Assembly (NCBI GenBank): GCA_964507955.1
Contig: CAZDRR010000001.1
Coordinates: forward strand, 66,650 to 130,649
Direction: 5' to 3'
Length of the DNA: 64,000 bases
From: an uncultured Candidatus Saccharibacteria bacterium
GTDB lineage: Bacteria; Patescibacteriota; Minisyncoccia; Phycocordibacterales; JAACPR01
Shown: piece after piece, positions 57,600 to 64,000 of the stretch
How positions within the stretch are numbered: position 1 is the stretch's first letter
Layout of the letters: every line of letters starts with the position of its first letter
The notes under the pieces: model-generated
Seen by the model: the letters and a program-made list of their open reading frames with translations, nothing else
Database searches by the model: none
Told to the model about the DNA's origin: nothing
Program-made: the position numbers and the translations under genes

Positions 57600-58540
57600 T
57601 TCATTTCTTTGTTTGGGACTAATTAATAATAGGTTGTTTTAAAATATAACCCACCCCGCGCAACCCTCTCGACAAACTTTAGAAAACTGTTTCAAATAAG
57701 GTCTTTACAGGCGAAAACATAGAGGTAAAATAACTATACGATTAGTATGGTTAAATTGCCTCAAACGCTTACGGCAGTAGGCGAAAACCTCCACCTACAC
57801 AACCCATGGACCAGACAAATAACGAAGTAATAACAGGAATACTGATAATGATAAGCATATTGGATTGGTTGGTAAGGAGTAGGGGATAGGGGAGGAATGA
57901 TGGTTCTGCCCGCCCCTCTAAATAATAAATAATTATCACCAAAAAGATGATTTTTCGAGGCCAAAAAGATGATTTTACCAAAACCCCCTACTCCCACAAT
58001 GATTCCAGCGCACCCAATCTAACAGCAAAATCCAACTCTAACAGAAAAATTTTGTTAGAAGGGTGAAATTGGGACTGTTGAAATTGCTTAAAATCGCTTC
58101 AATTTGATTAAAAAAGGGCGCAAATAATGATAATTAGCCCCAAAAGTTCTTTCAATTTTTGCGTAATAAACAAAACGACGAAAAGCGAGGAATAAATCGC
58201 TCGCTAAAAAAGGAATTTGTAGTTGTTTTTTGCTACTTTGGGAGGTAAAAAGAGGATTTCAGCCTTTCAGTTAGTGTTATCCAACCAGAATCAGCGATGT
58301 TTTGCGGTTTTCCTTAATCCCCGTTTTTAAGACTTAATCGTAATAAAAACATTCTAAAGCTCCGAAAATTTTTGTTTGTTTTAGAATGGATTTCTGGTAA
58401 TCCGTATGCCGTAAGTTGCCCCACACATTCAACGTTTATCTAAAACAGCAAAGAATAATCTTCACTCAGGGTATATTACACACAGCCCCAAAAACAGTCC
58501 AAAAAAATCTTGACTTCCGCGCCAAATAATATAGATTACC
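57600..58540. promoter_or_regulatory. about 0.95 kb non-coding region with short direct repeats and AT tracts (candidate origin / regulatory hub)
   Basis: Three direct repeats are present: CCAAAAAGATGATTTT x2 (57939 and 57962), TCTAACAG x2 (58018 and 58036) and GGCGAAAAC x2 (57701 and 57780). There are no credible ORFs. It ends with TTGACT at 58511. Confidence 0.35.
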
Positions 58541-58543
58541 CGT

Positions 58544-58864
58544 ATGGAAACAAATAATGAAACCCCTTCCAAACCCAAGGAAGAAACAATCGCCTCTCGT
58601 TCTCTTAGCCCCGAAGAAGCACTCAAGGTTTTGGAGGTATTGAAAAAGAAAGTCTCCGCTCCTGCTCCTCCCACACGTTCGGAAATCATTACTTCTATTT
58701 TGAATGATTTTATTGGATATGGTATTACCGTGTTGTTGTTGACAATGTGTTGGGATTATGGTCTTGCAAGGGTGTTCCCAGCAGTGCCAAATATTACAGT
58801 CATTCAAATGGCTATGGTTTGGTATTTGTGGAGTGGATTTGCATCCAAGTTAAAAAAATCTTGA
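58544..58864 (+). CDS. hypothetical protein with C-terminal transmembrane helices
   Basis: A 106 aa ORF. Confidence 0.3.
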   Translation: METNNETPSKPKEETIASRSLSPEEALKVLEVLKKKVSAPAPPTRSEIITSILNDFIGYGITVLLLTMCWDYGLARVFPAVPNITVIQMAMVWYLWSGFASKLKKS

Positions 58865-58896
58865 CACGGCCCCGAAAACCCATTAATATTTCCCCG
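58862..58896 (+). promoter_or_regulatory. sigma70-like promoter
   Basis: TTGACA-N17-TAATAT, immediately upstream of the 58899 ORF. Confidence 0.45.
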
Positions 58897-58898
58897 AC

Positions 58899-59168
58899 AT
58901 GAAACCTCTACTTTTTGCCAAATCACTAATTAATAACCAATTGGAAACCCTGTCCAACGCAGAAGGAAATATTGTTTTTATTCTTTCTCGGGGCAATCAA
59001 AGCGGGTCCAACCGAAGGAATGATAATGCTCCATGGCGTTTGTTTGCCAAGGATCAAAAGTATCTTCATACAGAAACTTTCAGAGCAGTATTGTATTCTT
59101 TTGTTGAAACTGAATTCGGATATAAGGTGAAGGATGATTTGAAATATCCTTCTTTGGAAGATCTGTAA
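58899..59168 (+). CDS. hypothetical protein
   Basis: An 89 aa ORF. Confidence 0.3.
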   Translation: MKPLLFAKSLINNQLETLSNAEGNIVFILSRGNQSGSNRRNDNAPWRLFAKDQKYLHTETFRAVLYSFVETEFGYKVKDDLKYPSLEDL

Positions 59169-59197
59169 AACGAATCTAAATAAACACAAATAAACAA

Positions 59198-59446
59198 ATG
59201 ATCACTAAAGCCACACTTAAAGCCCACAAGACTCCAGATAATAACAGTATTATTTATGTGCAGGTCCCTTGGAATAAGACAAGCCTTGCTTCTGTTTACA
59301 ATGCCGTTGATGATGCGTTGGAGGAAAGTCTTCGGGGCCAATTGCCTATTGTGGATTACTCACCTTCTTCTTATGACTCCAATAGCCACGAAATTGAATT
59401 GATGGTTATCTTGGATGTGGAAGATGTTGATTTCGAGGAAGAATAA
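59198..59446 (+). CDS. hypothetical acidic protein
   Basis: An 82 aa ORF. Confidence 0.3.
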   Translation: MITKATLKAHKTPDNNSIIYVQVPWNKTSLASVYNAVDDALEESLRGQLPIVDYSPSSYDSNSHEIELMVILDVEDVDFEEE

Positions 59447-59465
59447 GTGTAATATTTTCAAATAA

Positions 59466-59545
59466 GGGGGTGTATCTCAACGGTCTTCTAAGCCGTGATA
59501 GAGTAATGGAATCAAATGCAGGTTCGAATCCTGTCTCCCCCACCA
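59466..59545 (+). tRNA. atypical tRNA-like gene (anticodon arm ACGGT-CTTCTAA-GCCGT, anticodon TCT; reduced D region and long extra arm)
   Basis: Acceptor GGGGGTG/CTCCCCC, then A, then CCA. T-arm GCAGG-TTCGAAT-CCTGT. Only 7 nt separate the acceptor from the anticodon stem, and 21 nt separate the anticodon stem from the T-stem. Confidence 0.35.
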
Positions 59546-59550
59546 AAAAT

Positions 59551-59635
59551 GGCTTCTTGGCGGAATTGGCAGACGCTACTGGTTTAAGCCCAGTTGCCCT
59601 CGGGTGTGAGAGTTCGAATCTCTCAGGAGCCACCA
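59551..59635 (+). tRNA. tRNA-Leu (anticodon TAA), type II
   Basis: Acceptor GGCTTCT/AGGAGCC; anticodon stem ACTGG/CCAGT with loop TTTAAGC; variable-arm hairpin; T-arm GAGAG-TTCGAAT-CTCTC; CCA encoded. Confidence 0.6.
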
Positions 59636-60069
59636 TTTTTTAAACTACTTTTACGCCTTCTCCATGTAGGAGTAAGACCATGGCAATTACAACAAAGAAG
59701 TTTTAAATTGTCTAAATTATTATTTGTCCTATCACCATCAATGTGTTCTATTTCTAATGGAATAGGTTCATTTTGCCAGTCTCCTAATCCACAATTTTCA
59801 CAATAATGCCCTCTTAATTTAATAAGATGTGGTTTCAAGTTATTTCCTCTTGTATATTGACTCCAATCTTTTAATTGTTGATTTTTACTCCAGCCACATC
59901 CTGCCCAATGGTCACAAGATAAATTTAGCCTTTGCAAATTTTTTTTCATATTAGCGAAATTTCCACCAGCTTGTTTTAAACCGAGTTCGCGTAATAAAGC
60001 CCCCATAGAAGAAACTTCTTTTGATTTGTCGATAATATCTTGATCTGTATAGTTTCTATATTGTCCCAT
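59623..60069 (-). CDS. HNH endonuclease
   Basis: CENCGLGDWQNEPIPLEIEHIDGDRTNNNLDNLKLLCCNCH. The 3' end overlaps the tRNA-Leu by about 13 nt. Confidence 0.55.
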   Translation of the reverse strand: MGQYRNYTDQDIIDKSKEVSSMGALLRELGLKQAGGNFANMKKNLQRLNLSCDHWAGCGWSKNQQLKDWSQYTRGNNLKPHLIKLRGHYCENCGLGDWQNEPIPLEIEHIDGDRTNNNLDNLKLLCCNCHGLTPTWRRRKSSLKNGGS

Positions 60070-60163
60070 ATCAATGTTTACATTAGAATAGGCAGAGTGG
60101 GAATTAATGTTCCTATGCCATTACCATTTTTTTCTTGACCCCGATAATAAAAAACCATAGTCT

Positions 60164-60391
60164 TTGCGCATGAACTCTTACCGTTTTGAAGGAAAATATC
60201 TTCGGGACTTTACATCAGATGATGAGGCTTTTGAATATGCCCTTGGTTTTTATGATGACCGTCCCGCAACCATCGAAAAGAGAATCTGTGGTTTGTGGTG
60301 CAGACATTCTGATCCAGCTTACCAGCCCCAACATTACGAAGGAAATAAGAATGGTGGATGGATGAATGATTGGGAGCAAATAATAGAATAA
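60164..60391 (+). CDS. hypothetical protein
   Basis: A 75 aa ORF. Confidence 0.3.
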   Translation: MRMNSYRFEGKYLRDFTSDDEAFEYALGFYDDRPATIEKRICGLWCRHSDPAYQPQHYEGNKNGGWMNDWEQIIE

Positions 60392-60392
60392 T

Positions 60393-60779
60393 ATGAGTAT
60401 TTTTGTTTTTGTGGCAATTGTTTTTGTTGTGGTGTCGTTTGCTATAATGTTATGGGATGTTGATTTAGGCCATATAGCCGCAGGCATTTTAGCGTGTCTT
60501 ATTGGTTTCGTTCTTATTTGTAGCATTGCTCCTGTTGGCAAAAGTAGTTTTGAAGATGCCGAAGGAAATGTAATTGTTAATAATGATGATATTCTTGTGT
60601 TATCCCGATTCCCCGTCCAAACCACAAAGAACTTTAAAGCCCTGACAAATAAAGTATGGGTGAAAAAGCAAATGGGGCATAATGTCTTTGGGGCCGAAGT
60701 CTATACAGGCTACTCAATCTTTTTCAAGGAATTAACCGATGAGGAAAAGCTGCGGGAAAATATTGATTCTAAAAAATGA
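60393..60779 (+). CDS. membrane protein
   Basis: A 128 aa ORF with two N-terminal hydrophobic helices. Confidence 0.3.
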   Translation: MSIFVFVAIVFVVVSFAIMLWDVDLGHIAAGILACLIGFVLICSIAPVGKSSFEDAEGNVIVNNDDILVLSRFPVQTTKNFKALTNKVWVKKQMGHNVFGAEVYTGYSIFFKELTDEEKLRENIDSKK

Positions 60780-60954
60780 CGAACTTCGTCAAAGTTCTTC
60801 CAAATAAAGCGAAATAAACTGTTAGCGACTATTTTACCCTCGTAACTCGTTGATTATCAATGGGTTATGGGGGTGGTTTTTTGTATTTGTGGGGTTATAT
60901 CCTCTATGCTTAATCGCATAGGGGATTTTTTGTGGGTATGTAAGTTGTTGATTA

Positions 60955-61015
60955 TGAGGGGGTTACGAGCGAGCGACCCCTTCGGGGTCGCGTTTCCGCA
61001 ACCCCTTGGTTTTCA
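60955..61015. repeat. intergenic repeat copy 1 (UUCG-tetraloop hairpin GACCCC-TTCG-GGGGTC plus conserved tail)
   Basis: GCGACCCCTTCGGGGTCGCGTTTCCGCAACCCCTTGG...AATGACTTAC. It lies just 3' of the - strand gene 61029..61262. Confidence 0.5.
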
Positions 61016-61028
61016 ATGACTTACAGCG

Positions 61029-61262
61029 TTACTTGAATGAATCGACGGGAACCATCGCTTCCTCAAATGGTCCGTTTTCCAGATAGTGATTTGATTCACA
61101 AATGTTTATAGCATCATCTAGTTCATATTCACCAGCCTCGGAACGGTTAGAAGTGTAACCCGCCCATGCCGCTTTCCACCATGCATTATGTTCAGTTGAC
61201 CAGATATAGAATTTCATTTTTTTAGATTGTAAAGATATATCAAAACTCCGATTAGAATACAA
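61029..61262 (-). CDS. hypothetical protein
   Basis: A 77 aa ORF containing KFYIWSTEHNAWWKAAWAGYT. Confidence 0.3.
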   Translation of the reverse strand: MYSNRSFDISLQSKKMKFYIWSTEHNAWWKAAWAGYTSNRSEAGEYELDDAINICESNHYLENGPFEEAMVPVDSFK

Positions 61263-61281
61263 GCGGCAACAATTATTTCCA

Positions 61282-61983
61282 TTATTGCACCCCCTCGACT
61301 ACAAAGCCCGAATGGTCCTTGCGGGCTTTACCCTTTTGAACCAATCCCACAACAACACCCTTGTCATCCAGAAACCGCAAGTCACTTTCATCGCCATTCA
61401 CAACGGGAAAGCCTTGCCATGTTTCAGGCAACTTGCCACGGAAAACAACCGCAACATTTCCTTGACTTTTAAGAAAGGGGATACAAAGGTCTCCATTTTC
61501 TTCACTACGGGAAAAGGTCAAATGATAATTGGAAGGGAATTTGCCATCCAAAAAATCACTCATCCGATCAGGGTTTTTGGTATAATCGTAAAACTGGACG
61601 TTAGGGAAACGATTGACAATTGAAATCCCATCATGCCCGATATTTTCCCAAGGCAAGTCGCTGGTAAGATTCAAACGAAAACAAGGGGTGAGATTGGCTT
61701 TTTCAGCTTTTCGGATAGCGGCCAAAATTTCCTTTTCCAACTCTTGCGCAAATGCGTTTTTGTTTTCAAAAAACTTACGTGTTTTGGCGATACGGGCATT
61801 CTGGACTCGCGAGTAAGCACCGCGCCCAGCCGTATTCAAACAAGCTGCCGCGCATCCCTGACTGGCAAATTGGCAAACGTTATAGCCCGACAAATCAAAC
61901 GGAGCAAGGTGTAAACCTGCGGTGAGGAAACCCATTTTTTCCCCTTTTTGAATTTTGGTATTGGAGTAGGTGAGCAAAGACAT
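61282..61983 (-). CDS. conserved phage hypothetical protein (GC-rich; N-terminal KGxKxGFLTAGLHLAP...SG.NVC...GC...CLNTAGRG motif)
   Basis: A 233 aa ORF at about 48% GC. The opposite-strand ORFs across this span were rejected as antisense artefacts of the high GC content. Confidence 0.4.
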   Translation of the reverse strand: MSLLTYSNTKIQKGEKMGFLTAGLHLAPFDLSGYNVCQFASQGCAAACLNTAGRGAYSRVQNARIAKTRKFFENKNAFAQELEKEILAAIRKAEKANLTPCFRLNLTSDLPWENIGHDGISIVNRFPNVQFYDYTKNPDRMSDFLDGKFPSNYHLTFSRSEENGDLCIPFLKSQGNVAVVFRGKLPETWQGFPVVNGDESDLRFLDDKGVVVGLVQKGKARKDHSGFVVEGVQ

Positions 61984-62013
61984 GCGGGTAGAATAGCTTG
62001 GATTTAAAATTTG

Positions 62014-62352
62014 TCAAACACTTTGTCTATTTATTTGCGGAGTTGCATCCTCCACTTTAATCCAGAAAGAATCGTTAATTTTTAAATGTTGTTTTAAAAA
62101 TTCATTTTCCTGACTGCAAATTTCAAATTTTTCTTTTAAATGTGGGAAAAAGACTGAATGCTTCGCGTTAAAGATTCCTTTAATCCATCCTTTCTTTTTA
62201 GGATTTCTGGTAGAAAAGGAAACATTGATTTGCAGAGGAAAATAATCTATGGGTTTTATTCCAAGAGCGAGGCCGACAAACTTAAAGCAAAGTCCGAAAG
62301 GTCCGTTTAAATAAAAACTATACGCTTTTTTCAATGTCTTAGTGGTTTTCAT
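62014..62352 (-). CDS. hypothetical protein
   Basis: A 112 aa ORF. Confidence 0.3.
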   Translation of the reverse strand: MKTTKTLKKAYSFYLNGPFGLCFKFVGLALGIKPIDYFPLQINVSFSTRNPKKKGWIKGIFNAKHSVFFPHLKEKFEICSQENEFLKQHLKINDSFWIKVEDATPQINRQSV

Positions 62353-62424
62353 GCGGAGAATGTATCACTTATTTTAATTTGTGGCAAGAGAAAAATTTGA
62401 GCTGTAAGTCTCTTATTATCAATG

Positions 62425-62475
62425 ACTTACGAAAACCAGACCCCGAAGGGGTCGCGTAAACGCAACCCATTCATT
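62425..62475. repeat. intergenic repeat copy 2 (hairpin GACCCC-GAAG-GGGGTC; loop inverted relative to copies 1 and 3)
   Basis: AATGACTTACGAAAACCAGACCCCGAAGGGGTCGCGTAAACGCAACCC. Confidence 0.5.
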
Positions 62476-62497
62476 ATCAACGACTTACAACAGAAAA

Positions 62498-62521
62498 CCC
62501 GCTCCCCTTGCGGGAAGCGGG
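62498..62521 (-). terminator. hairpin terminator for the 62541..63389 gene
   Basis: CCCGCT-N-AGCGGG, followed on the - strand by TTTTCTG. Confidence 0.4.
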
Positions 62522-62540
62522 CTGTCCTCAGTTAGAACGG

Positions 62541-63389
62541 TTATTCTCCCGTTCCATCCACAACGATTGGCTCAAACTCCTCATCATCAGTTTCAGCCGT
62601 TAGATTTGCGCCTTCGGGTGCGGCGTTATCCTCGCAACCTGCCGTGGCAATCTCTTGCACTTCCAACACGGGGCGATGACCAGACATGCGATCAAAGATA
62701 CTTTGGATAGTCATCGTGCGGAAGGGAAGCTTGTTGAGGTCTCCACCTTTGAGGTTTTCCGTCAAAGCGTTGTAAAGAGTCCACAAGGTTCCACCCTTGA
62801 ATTCTTCATGACGCGGATTGCGGAATTCCGTCACGGCGTTGTAAATCTCGCGAGCGGGGAATGCCTTGACATCCACAAGCTTGACAATCAGGTTTTCCGC
62901 CTGTTCGTTTGTCAGGTTGACATTTTTGTAAGCTTCGATACGCTTACCCATGTCATTCCAATGGGAAACCACGCGCCCGATAGCTTCGGCAATGATGCGC
63001 GGCAGATCGTCCATGATGTTGACGGTATGGCGGCGGGCAAGCTTCACATCAGAAGCAAAGCACAGATTTTCGCACACAGTCATTTGATTGCCAATACACA
63101 GCGCGGCAGCAAAGGACTTGTCATGAGCATTGCGCAAGCCAAGCACAACACGGCGATCCGTTCCGTCGATATCAGGACCGCTCAGGGCAAATCCACCAAA
63201 GTAACGTTGACCATCGCGAGCGAGGGCGTGTTCTTCGGCAGTAATGGTCAAACCTGCGGCAGCGATAGCGGCAGTGACGAGTTCAACAAGTTTCAGGTGA
63301 GGAATCGGCATGAAGCTTTCCGTAGCGTCGGGAGTGGGGACGTTGGCAAGTTGTTCACGGGATACCTTGTTTTTGGCGATAATTAGCAT
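62541..63389 (-). CDS. hypothetical protein, GC-rich (possibly a DUF932-like phage/plasmid protein)
   Basis: A 282 aa ORF at about 50% GC containing VVLGLRNAHDKSFAAALCIGNQMTVCENL. The fully overlapping + strand ORF 62655..63386 was rejected as antisense. Confidence 0.4.
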   Translation of the reverse strand: MLIIAKNKVSREQLANVPTPDATESFMPIPHLKLVELVTAAIAAAGLTITAEEHALARDGQRYFGGFALSGPDIDGTDRRVVLGLRNAHDKSFAAALCIGNQMTVCENLCFASDVKLARRHTVNIMDDLPRIIAEAIGRVVSHWNDMGKRIEAYKNVNLTNEQAENLIVKLVDVKAFPAREIYNAVTEFRNPRHEEFKGGTLWTLYNALTENLKGGDLNKLPFRTMTIQSIFDRMSGHRPVLEVQEIATAGCEDNAAPEGANLTAETDDEEFEPIVVDGTGE

Positions 63390-63499
63390 TTTGTTTAGGG
63401 GTTATGTTGCCATCAGCGGCAACGAAAAGAACTTATCATATTACGCGGATTTGTCCACACTTTTTTTATTGTTTTTCGTCGGTTGTAAGTTGTTGATTT

Positions 63500-63550
63500 T
63501 AAATGACTTATGAAAACCAGACCCCTTCGGGGTCGCGATTACGTAACCCC
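63500..63550. repeat. intergenic repeat copy 3 (UUCG hairpin element)
   Basis: AAATGACTTATGAAAACCAGACCCCTTCGGGGTCGCGATTACGTAACCCCTTG. The upstream GTAAGTTGTTGATT is also shared with copy 1. Confidence 0.5.
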
Positions 63551-63565
63551 TTGAGAATGAATAAG

Positions 63566-64000
63566 TTATAACTTCCAAAAGCTAAAATTCCTAGTCGCAA
63601 CAATATCATTCAAAAGAACCGCAGTGCAAAGATCTTTCCTTCCCTCGCGGGCGTAGAGTTTATACAACATTTTGTCTTTTGAGTCAACTCTTTTTCGATT
63701 AAGTTTCGAATCGACTAATTGAATTAAAGTAGTGCGAGGGACAAGATAAAACCCATTGGACCATTCAAAAGCAATGATGTTCGCCTTGCCATAAAGCCAC
63801 CCGTCTTTGCCAGTAATCCCCAACAATTCCAAAAGCACAAAATCAAAGGTCTTTTCTCCTTTTTCATCAAGAATAGGGAAAGCTTTTTTACTCTTGACCT
63901 CAACAGTTAGATTACAGCCAGAGTCTTTTGTGATGCGGAAATCCCAATGTTCAAAACGTTCTTGTTGCGGAGTGGCGGGGGTAATGTTATATCCATTAAG
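63566..64000 (-). CDS. hypothetical protein (partial; 5' end lies beyond the window end)
   Basis: The - strand reading frame of ORF 63566..63838 stays open to position 64000 (...LNGYNITPATPQQERFEHWDF...). Confidence 0.35.
   Translation of the reverse strand, partial: LNGYNITPATPQQERFEHWDFRITKDSGCNLTVEVKSKKAFPILDEKGEKTFDFVLLELLGITGKDGWLYGKANIIAFEWSNGFYLVPRTTLIQLVDSKLNRKRVDSKDKMLYKLYAREGRKDLCTAVLLNDIVATRNFSFWKL

Noticed and set aside
57761-57997. ORFs 57761..57997(-) and 57769..57981(-) in the non-coding region
   Set aside because: They are short and overlapping, sit in a repeat-rich region, and have no ribosome-binding context. The region is treated as regulatory.
61285-61914. Three + strand ORFs (61285..61623, 61613..61816 and 61633..61914) opposite the 233-aa gene
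   Set aside because: They are antisense artefacts of the GC-rich region. The - strand ORF is longer and has a conserved-looking N-terminal motif.
62655-63386. 243-aa + strand ORF fully overlapping the 282-aa - strand ORF
   Set aside because: This is expected for about 50% GC sequence. The - strand product has protein-like composition and the right terminator placement. The + strand product is Gly/Ser/His/Arg-rich and shows no motif.
60955-63550. Possible CRISPR array suggested by three similar repeats
   Set aside because: The repeats are separated by 1.0-1.5 kb protein-coding genes, not short spacers. Each copy sits in a gene-3' terminator position.
1-64000. Genome-wide stop-codon recoding (TGA or TAG reassignment) suggested by the TCA-anticodon tRNA-like locus
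   Set aside because: Long ORFs (848, 654 and 539 aa) are intact with standard stops. Adjacent genes use ATGA/TAATG overlaps. There are no same-frame ORF fragments split by a single in-frame stop. A suppressor could still act on a few specific sites.

Overview
This window looks like part of a large, AT-rich (~33% GC), virulent tailed phage genome with T4-like gene content. From left to right it contains:
- 1-10.1 kb, + strand: a tail-fibre/adhesin module with three fibre-like genes, flanked by GIY-YIG and HNH homing endonucleases.
- 10.0-13.7 kb, - strand: a lysis cassette (GH24-like endolysin with a peptidoglycan-binding domain, plus a secreted small protein), followed by a tandem family of paralogous leucine-rich-repeat proteins.
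- 14.1-24.0 kb, - strand: a very large tRNA array. Canonical tRNAs are punctuated by homing-endonuclease genes, small ORFs and several GC-richer, ORF-free, strongly structured blocks. One locus, at 20244-20343, looks like a rearranged or permuted tRNA with anticodon TCA.
- 24.5-50.9 kb, mostly - strand: an early/middle block. It encodes ThyX, an HD phosphohydrolase, a nucleoside deoxyribosyltransferase-like protein, a 3D-domain protein, three YopX paralogues, a PTH2-like peptidyl-tRNA hydrolase, a HAD phosphatase, a Pol-beta-type nucleotidyltransferase, a SLOG protein, a DenV-like glycosylase, an rIIA/rIIB pair, an AAA+ ATPase and many homing endonucleases. At least ten endonucleases are present in the window: GIY-YIG, several HNH, one EndoVII-like and one LAGLIDADG.
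- 51.2-57.6 kb, + strand: 17 small genes, including a CX5R phosphatase, an HhH-GPD glycosylase and a macro-like protein.
- 57.6-58.5 kb: about 0.95 kb of repeat-rich non-coding sequence.
- 59.5-59.6 kb: two + strand tRNAs.
- 60.8-64.0 kb: a GC-rich (~48%) cassette whose genes each end in a repeated UUCG-hairpin element.
All calls rest on reading the translations and sequence by eye. No database searches or RNA-folding tools were run.
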